From Ignavibacteria bacterium (lineage in GTDB: Bacteria; Bacteroidota; Ignavibacteria; Kapaibacteriales; UBA2268): a stretch of 40,406 bases of DNA. The stretch lies in assembly GCA_012522895.1 (NCBI GenBank), contig JAAYJM010000195.1, forward strand, positions 1 to 40,406, read 5' to 3'. The position numbers were made by a program, and so were the translations under genes. The notes beneath the pieces are model-generated. The model made no database searches. It saw only the letters and a list, made by a program, of their open reading frames with translations, and had not been told where the DNA came from. Below, piece after piece: positions 1-9,205 of the stretch (the first letter of the stretch is position 1; every line of letters starts with the position of its first letter).

Positions 1-1351
1 AAATACTTCTACCATAACTTTCAATCCAGCGCCAGCGGGCTACGGCATAAAGTTCGTTCGCAAGATTGACGGCGAAGAAGTGATAGTGCCGGCTTTGGTC
101 GATTATGTAGTTGATTTGTCGCGCGGGACTACGCTTGGAATTCAGCACAATGGCAAGGAAGTAAGAGTTCAAACCGTGGAGCATGTGATGGCTGCTCTCT
201 ATGGGCTTCAAATTGATAATTGCAAAGTCGAGCTTTCTGAAAGTGAGCCGCCGGTCTGCGATGGCAGTTCAGCTGAATATGTGAAAGTGTTGCTGAAAGC
301 TGGTCTTGTTGAGCAAGAAGAGCAAAGGGAATACTTTGTAATCAACGAAGCTGTGCGATATACAAATGAAAAAAACGGCGTTGATATTGTTGCCCTTCCC
401 ACTGATGACTACCGCATTACCGTGATGATAGATTACCATAATCCCGCACTTGGAAGCCAACACACTGGACTTTTTAATTTAGAAAAAGAATTTGTAAGCG
501 AGTTTGCCTCTGCACGCACTTTTTGTTTTCTTTCCGAAGTAGAAATGCTTTACAATCAAGGCTTAATCAAGGGTGGCAATTTAGATAGCGCGATTGTGAT
601 TGTAGATAAAGAATTTGATGATAAGCAGCTAAAAGAATTGCAAGAAAAATTTAATATGAAAGATGCTCCTGTTCTTGGAGAAACAGGCATATTAAACGAT
701 TCTGCCCTTAGATTTAAAAATGAACCTGCAAGGCATAAATTACTTGATTTGCTTGGAGATTTGTCTTTGGCTGGTGTTCCTTTGAAAGCTCAGATTTTAG
801 CAGCACGCCCGGGCCATGCGGCAAATATCGAATTTGCAAAAAAAATCCGTGCTTTATACAAAAAGACCTCCCCACTTAAAAGATTTCAAATAGATAAAAA
901 CAGCGAATCAGTTTTAAATATAAATGACTTACTGAAAATAATGCCACACCGCTATCCCTTCTTATTGATAGATAAAATTATCGATATAGATTACGAAAAT
1001 AAGACAATACTCGGTGTTAAAAACGTAACTATGAACGAGCAATTTTTTACTGGGCATTTTCCCGGAAAACCTGTAATGCCAGGTGTTTTGATCTGCGAGG
1101 CAATGGCGCAAACTGGTTGTTTGCTGCTTCTTCAAACCCTCGATGATTACACCCAATATCATGTATTTTTCATGGCAATAAAAAATGCAAAGTTCAGAAA
1201 ACCAGTCATCCCTGGCGACCAATTAGTAATGGATTTGCAAATGCTTGGGAAAAAATTTAATTCTTATATGTTTAAAGGGACGGCTTATGTGAATAGCCAA
1301 GTGGTAGCCGAAACAGAATTTAGCGCAGCAGTAATTAAAAAGGAGCTATGA
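1..1351 (+). CDS. lpxC: Bifunctional UDP-3-O-acyl-GlcNAc deacetylase / 3-hydroxyacyl-ACP dehydratase (LpxC-FabZ fusion), 5'-truncated by window edge
   Basis: LpxC motifs TVEH, EPPxxDGS, ARTF, RHKLLDLLGDL and GH, then FabZ motifs PHRYPFLLID and GHFPGKPVMPGVLICEAMAQ. The frame is open upstream of 80 to the window start (NTSTITFNPAPAGYGIKFVR). Confidence 0.95.
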   Translation, partial: NTSTITFNPAPAGYGIKFVRKIDGEEVIVPALVDYVVDLSRGTTLGIQHNGKEVRVQTVEHVMAALYGLQIDNCKVELSESEPPVCDGSSAEYVKVLLKAGLVEQEEQREYFVINEAVRYTNEKNGVDIVALPTDDYRITVMIDYHNPALGSQHTGLFNLEKEFVSEFASARTFCFLSEVEMLYNQGLIKGGNLDSAIVIVDKEFDDKQLKELQEKFNMKDAPVLGETGILNDSALRFKNEPARHKLLDLLGDLSLAGVPLKAQILAARPGHAANIEFAKKIRALYKKTSPLKRFQIDKNSESVLNINDLLKIMPHRYPFLLIDKIIDIDYENKTILGVKNVTMNEQFFTGHFPGKPVMPGVLICEAMAQTGCLLLLQTLDDYTQYHVFFMAIKNAKFRKPVIPGDQLVMDLQMLGKKFNSYMFKGTAYVNSQVVAETEFSAAVIKKEL

Positions 1352-2127
1352 GCGAAGTAAAAATACACCCGACAGCAATAGTATCGCCAAAAGCTGAAAT
1401 AGGAAAATCAGTGAGAATCGGTGCATTTTCAATCGTTGAAGATGACGTTATAATTGGGGATAACTGCGAGATTAGTTCAAGCGTTGTAATTGCTAATGGC
1501 GCAAGGATTGGGAGGGAATGCAAAATATTCGCCGGCGCAGTTATTTCGACCATTCCGCAAGACCTGAAATTTGAAGGAGAGGAAAGTATAGTCAGCATCG
1601 GCAATCAAAACGTAATTCGCGAATATGCTACTATCAATAGAGGGACAAGCGAGACCGGAAAAACTGTTGTTGGGGATAATAATTTGCTTATGGCATACAC
1701 TCACGTTGCCCACGATTGCGTTCTCGGCAGCAATATAATCTTAGCAAACCTTGCTCATTTAGGCGGGCACGTTGTTATTGAGGATTGGGCAATTCTCGGT
1801 GCCTTTGCAAAAGTGCATCAATTTTGCGTTATTGGTGCTCATTCTATGCTTGCCGCAGATGTGAAAGCTGTAAAAGATGTTTCACCTTATGTGCTTTTGG
1901 GGAGAGAGCCGGCAAAGGTAGAAGGAGTTAATAAAATTGGACTTAGAAGGCGTGGCTTTTCAAACGAACTAATTGAAGAAATTGAAAGTTTTTATAACAC
2001 CGTCCTTTATTCTGGTTTCAACAATAAAGAAGGAATTGCAGAGTTTTTAAAGAAAGAAAAAATCAGCGAAGAAGTAAAAAGCTGTATTAATTTTATTGAG
2101 AATTCAAAAAGAGGAATTCATAGATAA
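1348..2127 (+). CDS. lpxA: Acyl-ACP--UDP-N-acetylglucosamine O-acyltransferase
   Basis: IHPTAIV start, hexapeptide repeats, PQDLKF, IREYATINRGT, HVAHDC, VHQF, GLRRRGF. ATGA overlap with fabZ; AGGAG upstream. Confidence 0.96.
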   Translation: MSEVKIHPTAIVSPKAEIGKSVRIGAFSIVEDDVIIGDNCEISSSVVIANGARIGRECKIFAGAVISTIPQDLKFEGEESIVSIGNQNVIREYATINRGTSETGKTVVGDNNLLMAYTHVAHDCVLGSNIILANLAHLGGHVVIEDWAILGAFAKVHQFCVIGAHSMLAADVKAVKDVSPYVLLGREPAKVEGVNKIGLRRRGFSNELIEEIESFYNTVLYSGFNNKEGIAEFLKKEKISEEVKSCINFIENSKRGIHR

Positions 2128-2131
2128 TTCG

Positions 2132-3610
2132 ATGGAAACTTTTACTTTACATCAATTAACTAAAATTGTAAACAACAGCAGCGATTTAAAAATTAAGCCA
2201 AGCGAGATTTTATTAAAAAAAATCGTTGCTGCTGCTATTTTTATTATTTCCGATATTTTGTCCATTGCACTGTCGTTTGGACTTGCGCTTCAAGCTGCTA
2301 ATTTATTTGGATATGGCATAGCAAATTCATCGATCGGGCTTTCAATTTTCTTTTTCTCGCTTTTAATTTTTCCAATTGCATTTGCGCTAAGGCGACTTTA
2401 TCCGGGCTTGGGTATTGATGTAATTGACGAATTAAGAGGGCTAACGCACTCAAGCACCATTGTGTTTGCTGGATTGATTTTCACAAGTTTGTTTTTCGAG
2501 CGTTTTAATAATTTCATATATTTAGTTTTTATCTTTTCTTGGCTAATTTCACTAATTGCTTTGCCGATAGGACGCAGCTTTACTCGGAAACTGTTTTGCA
2601 AAAAAAAGTGGTGGGGTTTGCCCGTCATTATTCTTGGCGCTGGAAATACTGGCGAAAAGATAATAAAAACCTTGCTTAAGCACCAGCAGATTGGATTGCG
2701 TCCAATCGTTGCCGTTGACGATAACGTTGATAAATGGGGCTATATAGAAAAAGTTCCAGTAATTGGTGGCTTAACAATTATTCCGGAGCTTATAAAAAAG
2801 CTTAGTTTGGATTATGCAATTCTGGCAATGCCAAATGCAGAACCGAAGGTGCAAGAGCAGGTAATTGCTAAATATTCTAAATACTTCCACAAAACTTTGA
2901 TTATTCCAGATTTATTTGGTATTTCGAGTGTTTGGATTACTGTGAAAAGCTTCGGTGCATTTTTCGGTTTCGAGCTTCAGCAGAAATTATTAAAAAATTC
3001 TGCTATAATTCAAAAAAGATTCATTGATATATTCCTCTCTTCCTTGTTTATTTTATTGTCGCTTCCCTTTACTTTAGCCATTGCTTTATTAATTAAAATA
3101 GATTCAAAAGGTTCAGTCTTTTTTAAACAGGAAAGAATGGGAAAAAACAACTCGCGCTTCGATATGATTAAATTTCGCACAATGTATACCGATTCCGAAT
3201 ACCGCTTGCAAACGATTTTAAGCCAAAACGAAGAAATGCGTGCCAAATTTAATAAATATCATAAATTAAAAAATGACCCCCGAATGACAAGAATCGGGAA
3301 AATTTTAAGGAAATTTAGTTTAGATGAAGTCCCGCAATTTTTAAATGTGCTAAAAGGGGATATGAGCTTATTGGGTCCCCGGGCTTATCTTGCTTGGGAA
3401 AAACCCAAAATGTTGGGGCAGGAAGATATTATTTTAAGTGTGAAACAAGGGATAACAGGGCTTTGGCAAATTATTGAAAATAGAGATGAAGTTACATTCG
3501 CCGAACGCGTTTCTATTGACGTTTACTATATCAGAAATTGGTCTTTGTTTCTCGATTTTTACATCGTAGTAAGGACGATTGCTTTTGTTTTACTTGGGAA
3601 GAATGCTTGA
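2132..3610 (+). CDS. Undecaprenyl-phosphate hexose-1-phosphate transferase (WbaP/WcaJ family)
   Basis: N-terminal TM helices, a GAG Rossmann-like domain, and a C-terminal PGT domain (KRFID, KFRTM, DPRMTRIGKILRKFSLDEVPQFLNVLKGDMSLLGPR, GITGLWQ, YYIRNWS). ATG at 2132 is preferred over the ORF-track start at 2096, which overlaps lpxA. Confidence 0.9.
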   Translation: METFTLHQLTKIVNNSSDLKIKPSEILLKKIVAAAIFIISDILSIALSFGLALQAANLFGYGIANSSIGLSIFFFSLLIFPIAFALRRLYPGLGIDVIDELRGLTHSSTIVFAGLIFTSLFFERFNNFIYLVFIFSWLISLIALPIGRSFTRKLFCKKKWWGLPVIILGAGNTGEKIIKTLLKHQQIGLRPIVAVDDNVDKWGYIEKVPVIGGLTIIPELIKKLSLDYAILAMPNAEPKVQEQVIAKYSKYFHKTLIIPDLFGISSVWITVKSFGAFFGFELQQKLLKNSAIIQKRFIDIFLSSLFILLSLPFTLAIALLIKIDSKGSVFFKQERMGKNNSRFDMIKFRTMYTDSEYRLQTILSQNEEMRAKFNKYHKLKNDPRMTRIGKILRKFSLDEVPQFLNVLKGDMSLLGPRAYLAWEKPKMLGQEDIILSVKQGITGLWQIIENRDEVTFAERVSIDVYYIRNWSLFLDFYIVVRTIAFVLLGKNA

Positions 3611-3613
3611 TTT

Positions 3614-3646
3614 GTCGGTAGTCGGTAGTCGGTAGTCGGGAATTAG
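3614..3646 (+). repeat. Heptamer tandem repeat (GTCGGTA)x3-GTCGGGA-ATTAG just after the stop codon
   Basis: Read directly: gtcggta gtcggta gtcggta gtcggga attag. Confidence 0.9.
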
Positions 3647-3670
3647 TTTTTATGGAATAAGAAAGGCAGC

Positions 3671-3699
3671 GTCACTCTGAACTCAGTGAAGAATCCAGA
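3671..3699 (+). repeat. Single degenerate arm of the REP/MITE-like element at 6340-6420
   Basis: gtcactctgaactcagtgaagaatccaga matches the reverse complement of 6392-6420 (gtcattttgagcgcagcgaagaatccaga) with 5 mismatches in 29 nt. Confidence 0.7.
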
Positions 3700-3856
3700 T
3701 TGTTTAAGCCCTGATTTTCTTGATTTTTACTTATCCGATTACTCTAAATAGAAGTCCATCATTATAAAAGCCCGACAGCAAAACAGCCGTCTCCTCTGTT
3801 AAAATTTAACAGCCCCACCCAATTTTGTCTAAAAAGAAAAGTATCTAATTCATCGT

Positions 3857-4756
3857 TTAGCAAGAAGCAGCAGCAAGTGCAAGCGAAAGCAATTTGCTTT
3901 TTTCTGAATCGGATCTTGAGGTCAAAACTATTGGCACTGCAGCGCCAAGTATAACAGCTGCCACAGATGCTCCCCCAACGCAGGTGAAGCTCTTATATAA
4001 AATATTCCCAGCCTCAATGTCCGGTGTAAAAAGCAAGTCAGGATCGCCAGCTACTTCACTTTCTAAGCCTTTTACCATTGCAGCCTCTTTCGATAGCGCA
4101 ACATCTAAGGCAAGCGGTCCATCAATCACAGCGTTTTTAATTTGCCCTCGCTTATTCATCATTGTAATAATTGCAGCGTCAGTGCAAGCTGGCATTTTAT
4201 GATTTACAGTTTCAACAGCGGCGAGCATTGCAATTTTCGGCTTTGCTTTCCCTAAGCTATGAAAAATTTTTATTGAATTATTAACGATTGATATTTTATC
4301 TTCCAAGTTTGGAGCAACGTTTTGAGCGGCATCGGTAATTGCAATCAACTTATGATAGCTTGGGGGGTCGAAAAATCCTATGTGGCTTAGCAATTTCCCG
4401 TCCCGCAAGCCATTTTCTTTGTCTAGTATTGCTCTAAGGAAATCTGCAGTGCCTACTAAGCCTTTCATCATAATGTGAGCTTTGTTTTCGCGTATTAATT
4501 TAACGCAAATTTTGCTCGCATTAGAAGGGTTTTCCTCATCAATAATTTCAATGCCTTTCAAATCTACTTTTAGCTTTTCAGCGTTTTCACTTATTTTTTT
4601 TGAATTGCCAACAAGCAAAGGCTGACAGATGCCGCTTGTCCGGGCGGCGCAAACAGCTTCTAATACGTTTTCGTCTTCAGCTGCCGCAACAGCAACCTGC
4701 TTCATTGTTTTTTGTTTCGCGATTTCAATAAAAATATCTAGTTTACTAAACTCCAT
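3857..4756 (-). CDS. ptb: Phosphate butyryltransferase / phosphate acyltransferase (PTA_PTB family)
   Basis: VAVAAAED, MMKGLVGTADFLRAIL, TDAAQN, AAVETVN, DGPLALDVA, PDIEAGNILYK, PIVLTSRSDS. Confidence 0.85.
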   Translation of the reverse strand: MEFSKLDIFIEIAKQKTMKQVAVAAAEDENVLEAVCAARTSGICQPLLVGNSKKISENAEKLKVDLKGIEIIDEENPSNASKICVKLIRENKAHIMMKGLVGTADFLRAILDKENGLRDGKLLSHIGFFDPPSYHKLIAITDAAQNVAPNLEDKISIVNNSIKIFHSLGKAKPKIAMLAAVETVNHKMPACTDAAIITMMNKRGQIKNAVIDGPLALDVALSKEAAMVKGLESEVAGDPDLLFTPDIEAGNILYKSFTCVGGASVAAVILGAAVPIVLTSRSDSEKSKLLSLALAAASC

Positions 4757-4767
4757 AGATACTCCAT

Positions 4768-5703
4768 TTATTTGAATACTACAAAAATATAATTAATTGC
4801 TAAAAAAAGAATGCAAAGACCGAGCAGCCATTTTATAATTTTTGCCGGTATATGCTTTTGTATGCTTGCACCGATATACATTCCAACAAAGCCACCTACC
4901 CCAAAAAGCATACCAAGTGTCCAATCGGGTGCAATTGCTGTGTTCGTGTAAAATAAAGACAGGATTTGATAAAAAATCACTCCAGCTATTGAAGTTAAGA
5001 AAGTTCCCATTAACGCAGGTCCTGCAACTGTATAGACTGGTAACTTATAAAATGCTATATATACTGGAGCAATTATTGCGCCTCCACCAATTCCATAAGC
5101 TCCCCCGATAATCCCAACAATAAAGCTAATGATGAACATAGAAATTGTAGGAACTCGATAACTTTCTCCATAAAATTCATAAACAAGCTCTTTTAAGTTA
5201 AATTTTTTCACCTTGGAGCGCGGGAGCTTAAGCTTTTCATCGCCTTGCGATTTTGAATGGCTTTTTACTAATTCTTGAAATCTATCTTCTGAGCTATTAT
5301 TATTTTTCTTTGAAAGAATATCAGTTACTAATTTTATTCCGATATAAAGCAGCACAAAGCCAGCAAATATTTTAAAAACCTTTGGGTCTGAAAGAAAGTT
5401 TATTCTAATCAAAGCACCAATAAGCACGCCGGGCAAAGTCCCAGCTACTACAATCCAAGTAAGGGGCCACACCATTCGTCCCTCGCGTATATATTTAAGC
5501 ACTCCACTTGGTATTGAAACTATGTTATATAGTTGATTTGTGGAGCTTACAGCCGGGCTTGTGAAACCAAGAAAGCTTACTTGAAACGGCAATAGCAAAA
5601 AACCTCCCGACACACCGCTTGTAGAAGTGAAAGTAGAAACTAATAATGCAACTAAAGGTGGAATTAGAGGGTGGATTTCAACGCCGGATACTTCAAATAA
5701 CAT
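4768..5703 (-). CDS. Sulfite exporter TauE/SafE (TSUP) family membrane protein
   Basis: Duplicated G-x-GGG motifs (GVSGGFLLLP; GIGGGAIIAP), about 8 TM segments, and G-x-IGA. Confidence 0.85.
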   Translation of the reverse strand: MLFEVSGVEIHPLIPPLVALLVSTFTSTSGVSGGFLLLPFQVSFLGFTSPAVSSTNQLYNIVSIPSGVLKYIREGRMVWPLTWIVVAGTLPGVLIGALIRINFLSDPKVFKIFAGFVLLYIGIKLVTDILSKKNNNSSEDRFQELVKSHSKSQGDEKLKLPRSKVKKFNLKELVYEFYGESYRVPTISMFIISFIVGIIGGAYGIGGGAIIAPVYIAFYKLPVYTVAGPALMGTFLTSIAGVIFYQILSLFYTNTAIAPDWTLGMLFGVGGFVGMYIGASIQKHIPAKIIKWLLGLCILFLAINYIFVVFK

Positions 5704-5706
5704 AGA

Positions 5707-6039
5707 TTATTCCTTCAAACAAGTTGCAAGTTCCTCAGTTTTTACCATTCCAAGTTGCTTTTCTGCTATTGGGATAATACGGGCTGGAGATTGTAACTCA
5801 ATCAAGCGACTCCTTAACGTATTATTACTGTTTTTCAAAGTAGAATAGCTTTTATCAAGTATTTGATTTTGTTTTAGTAACTTGTTTATATATACAACGT
5901 TAGCAACGTAAAGTATTGTAAAGCCGGAAACTAATGCTATTATCGCAAAGAAAGTCCAGCGGTTTATTAATTCAATATATTGTTTAAATATGGACAAATA
6001 TTTTATTTTTAATAATTTTTTGTAAAAACATTTTTTCAA
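5707..6039 (-). CDS. FtsL-like bitopic coiled-coil protein (start uncertain)
   Basis: One TM segment, then a leucine heptad stretch and LQSPARIIPIAEKQLGM, resembling the FtsL L-x-S-x-x-R-I-x-x-x-A-x-x-x-L-G-M pattern. Confidence 0.6.
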   Translation of the reverse strand: MKKCFYKKLLKIKYLSIFKQYIELINRWTFFAIIALVSGFTILYVANVVYINKLLKQNQILDKSYSTLKNSNNTLRSRLIELQSPARIIPIAEKQLGMVKTEELATCLKE

Positions 6040-6100
6040 ATTAAAAATAAAAAGAATAATAAAAAATTATTTTTTTTATATCCTGCCAATTTGAACATTA

Positions 6101-6458
6101 TTCCCCGCTGGCGCTGGTGTATTTTTTTAAACATAATATCTGAGTGTAGCGAGGAATCCGGAGAAGTTGTCAGCTATCGGTCATTGAGCGTAGTCGAAAT
6201 GACCATTGTTCTATTCCAAGCAACAGCTAAGAATCCAGAAGCACCTCCCCTTGCTCCTCTTTGATAGGAGAGGATATCCGAAACACAGAGCAGTGCTGTC
6301 TCCCCCGCTGGCGGGGGCAGGGGGTGGAACTTGCATTGGGTCATTCCGAGCGTAGCGAGGAATCCAGAGTGATTGCGATATTGAAATGTTTTCTGGATTC
6401 TTCGCTGCGCTCAAAATGACAGTGCCACTCAATTTTCCCCTTTGAAAAAAGTGGCACT
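6101..6458. repeat. Cluster of GC-rich REP/MITE-like palindromes
   Basis: 29-bp imperfect inverted repeat 6340-6368/6392-6420; GGTCATT...AATGACC 6179-6204; CCCCCGC-TG-GCGGGGG 6302-6317; AGTGCCACT...AGTGGCACT 6421-6458; partial arm copy at 6139-6163. Confidence 0.8.
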
Positions 6459-6502
6459 GAGATTTCTCGCCATCTTTTTCCCCCGAGCGAGCAAGAAATT
6501 CT

Positions 6503-7855
6503 TTATGGAGTAATCCTATAAATTGTCCTTGGAAATGGAATTGTTTCGCGAATATGGGCAGCGCCTGTAATCCATTTTACCGTTCTTTCAAGGCCAAGTC
6601 CAAAGCCGCTATGAGGAACTGAGCCATATTTTCTTAAATCAAGATACCACTTAAATTCATCAAGCGGGAGATCATGCTGCTTAATTTTTTCAAGTAATAA
6701 ATCGTAGTTGTCTTCTCTTTGGCTGCCACCAATAAGCTCGCCAGCTTTTTCTGGACCAAGCATATCCATTGCAAGAACTACTTTCGAATTTTCTGGGTCT
6801 TGTTTCATATAAAATGCTTTTGCACCAACAGGATAGCGGTGAATAATGCAAGGCTTATCAAATTGTTCCATTATAGCTTCTTCTTGGACGGTTCCAAAAT
6901 CCTCGCCCCAAGGGAAGGGATGAATGTGAACGTCTTTTCCTTCGCTATCCTTTTGAATTAAAGGAACTTTGTTTTTTATTAGCCAATCTACTGCCTCGCT
7001 ATAACTCATCCGATGGAAAGGACGCTTAACCTTTTCAAGTTTTGTTGTATCGCGTTCAAGAGTAGCAAGTTCTCTGGTGCAAGTTTTCAAGCAATATTGG
7101 ACTATATACTCAATTAAGTCCTCTGCAAGATCCATATCATCATTTATGTCGAAAAATGCCATTTCCGGCTCGACCATCCAAAATTCCGTTAAATGCTTAC
7201 GTGTTTTGGAACGCTCGGCGCGGAATGTGGGACCAAAAGTATAAACTTTCCCAAGTGATAGAGCAGATGCTTCTGCATAAAGTTGCCCGGATTGAGAAAG
7301 ATACGCTTTTCCGAAATCAAAATAATCTGTTTCAAAAAGAGTGGAGGTGCCTTCGCAGGCATTTGGCGTAAGCAGTGGCGAATCCATAAGCTTAAAGCCA
7401 TTCCCATCAAAGAAATCCCTTATTGCCTTGATAATTGCAGCCCGAACTCTCATTATTGCATGCTGTCTTGAAGAGCGGAGCCAAAGATGCCTATGCTCAA
7501 TTAAAAAAGAATCGCCGTGCTCTTTCGGTGTTATTGGGTAATCTTTGGAAAGTTGCAAAATTTCCAAGTCAGTAACATCAATTTCAAAGCCGCCAGGCGC
7601 TCTGTCTTCTTTTTTAACGGTTCCGGTGATGATAAGCGAGGATTCTTGAGTTAATGCTTTTGCTTGTTCAAAAATCTCCTCGCTGACATTTCCTTTAAAA
7701 ATAACGCATTGCGCGATTCCAGTTCCATCTCGCAATATAACGAATTGCAATTTCCCTTTCCCTGTTTTATTGAAAACCCAACCACGCAAGGTTACCTCTT
7801 TCCCGACTACATCGGATAAGTTTTCAATATATTGATAGCTTTTATATCTTGACAT
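6503..7855 (-). CDS. asnS: Asparagine--tRNA ligase
   Basis: OB-fold N-terminus (RGWV, LRDGTG), RHLWLRS, YLSQSGQLY, FGPTFRAERSKTRKHLTEFWMVEPE, ELIGGSQRE, PHSGFGLGLER. Confidence 0.96.
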   Translation of the reverse strand: MSRYKSYQYIENLSDVVGKEVTLRGWVFNKTGKGKLQFVILRDGTGIAQCVIFKGNVSEEIFEQAKALTQESSLIITGTVKKEDRAPGGFEIDVTDLEILQLSKDYPITPKEHGDSFLIEHRHLWLRSSRQHAIMRVRAAIIKAIRDFFDGNGFKLMDSPLLTPNACEGTSTLFETDYFDFGKAYLSQSGQLYAEASALSLGKVYTFGPTFRAERSKTRKHLTEFWMVEPEMAFFDINDDMDLAEDLIEYIVQYCLKTCTRELATLERDTTKLEKVKRPFHRMSYSEAVDWLIKNKVPLIQKDSEGKDVHIHPFPWGEDFGTVQEEAIMEQFDKPCIIHRYPVGAKAFYMKQDPENSKVVLAMDMLGPEKAGELIGGSQREDNYDLLLEKIKQHDLPLDEFKWYLDLRKYGSVPHSGFGLGLERTVKWITGAAHIRETIPFPRTIYRITP

Positions 7856-7894
7856 AAAACTCTATTATTTGTTAAAAAAATTCTTTTTAAAACA

Positions 7895-7902
7895 CAAATT
7901 TA
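7895..7902 (-). promoter_or_regulatory. Putative Bacteroidota-type -7 promoter element (TAnnTTTG) for asnS
   Basis: TAAATTTG on the minus strand, about 40 nt upstream of the ATG. Confidence 0.45.
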
Positions 7903-7917
7903 CGAATAATTTGCCTT

Positions 7918-9093
7918 TTATTTACTTTTTATAATTGATTTCAGCATTACAATAGCAAAAGCAATAAAAATTGAGAGGAAAAAACCAAGAATTGTGCTAA
8001 TCGAAATTCTTGGCGAAGCTGGCTCGATTGCCGGCTCAGCAATATCAAGTTGCTCAATAATTGAGACATCGCTTTGAGCTTGAATTGCTTCCTGATACTT
8101 TTGAGTTTCCAAATAAATATTTACTTGCTCCAAAATCTTTTGCTGACGAAGCAAATTTGTATATTCACGTATTATATTTGGAATGCTTTGTAGCGGAATA
8201 GAAAATTCATCGCTTGTTGTTAGCCCTCCGCTTTGGATTCGATTATATTGGCTTCTTAAATTTACCACTTTTTCTTTTTGGATTCTCGCGGTGGGAGAGT
8301 TTGGCTCGTATTCTTGTAGCATTAAATTTAGTTCAATTTCAGCTTTTGCAAGCTCGCTACCAATAGTGATTGCATTAGTTACAATAGCTTGAGTTTGCTT
8401 GTCTAATGCAAGAACTTTATTTTGACTTTGAAAGTTTTCAAGTGCTTTATCCACCGAATCAAGTTCGAATTGCTTTTCTTTTAAAACTTTTTCAATAAAT
8501 CCTTTTTTTTGCGTTGCTTTCGCCGAGCTGATGCTTCTATTAATAGAATCCAAGGCAATGTAAGCATAGTTTGCAATATCTGCGGCAAGTTTCGCAGTTT
8601 CTCTTTTTCCCTTTTCATTTGCAAAAAAAGAAGTTTTTAGCGATACTGCGATATAAATAATCCCGCTACGATTGTTGCTAACATTTAGCAGAGCAAGGAT
8701 TTCATAAAGCATTTTATCTCTATTTAAACTTTTGAAAAGCCTATGCTCTTTTAAATTAAGTTTTTCTGCAATGAAGGAGGCAACCTGACGGCTTTTTATC
8801 ATTTCTGAATAAAGCACAGTTTTTGTAGATTGGTCTAAATTTGAAAAAGAAAAGCCGCCACCAGAAAAGGAAGAGAGCATAGAAGAAATACCCGGCGAGC
8901 TTGATTTCTCAGGGGGCATAAGCGAGGTATATGCCTCGTATTCCCTTGGACAAATCAAGCTATAAACGAAAGCAATTCCAGTAAATATGCCGATAAAATA
9001 CAGGAGGAATTTCTTTTGACTTAATAAAAGAGCTGCTATGTCTTTCAATTTAATATGCTCTTTGGGGCTGCTTTCTTCCATTTCAATATTCAA
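7918..9093 (-). CDS. Polysaccharide chain-length determinant (Wzz/GumC family)
   Basis: N-terminal TM followed by P-x-x-Y-x-A, periplasmic coiled coil (LENFQSQNKV, ELAKAEIEL), a proline-rich segment and a C-terminal TM. No kinase domain. Confidence 0.8.
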   Translation of the reverse strand: MNIEMEESSPKEHIKLKDIAALLLSQKKFLLYFIGIFTGIAFVYSLICPREYEAYTSLMPPEKSSSPGISSMLSSFSGGGFSFSNLDQSTKTVLYSEMIKSRQVASFIAEKLNLKEHRLFKSLNRDKMLYEILALLNVSNNRSGIIYIAVSLKTSFFANEKGKRETAKLAADIANYAYIALDSINRSISSAKATQKKGFIEKVLKEKQFELDSVDKALENFQSQNKVLALDKQTQAIVTNAITIGSELAKAEIELNLMLQEYEPNSPTARIQKEKVVNLRSQYNRIQSGGLTTSDEFSIPLQSIPNIIREYTNLLRQQKILEQVNIYLETQKYQEAIQAQSDVSIIEQLDIAEPAIEPASPRISISTILGFFLSIFIAFAIVMLKSIIKSK

Positions 9094-9205
9094 TTACGAT
9101 ATTTAGCAATTAATTTGTATTTTTAACAAATTTAAAGAAAGTAAATTTTAAAAAAAAGTTTTAAAAAAAATCTTAAAGATATTTTTTTAATTTAATATAT
9201 TTTCA

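Noticed and set aside
1-1351. LpxC-FabZ fusion as a novelty
   Set aside because: Well known in Bacteroidota and Chlorobiota; useful only as a taxonomic clue.
6211-6432. 73-aa minus-strand ORF (VILSAAKNP...IPRYARND)
   Set aside because: It is the translation of the palindromic repeats, a common spurious ORF type.
9140-9200. A/T-tract pseudo-palindromes in the divergent wzz/reductase promoter region
   Set aside because: Low complexity; expected by chance in AT-rich DNA.
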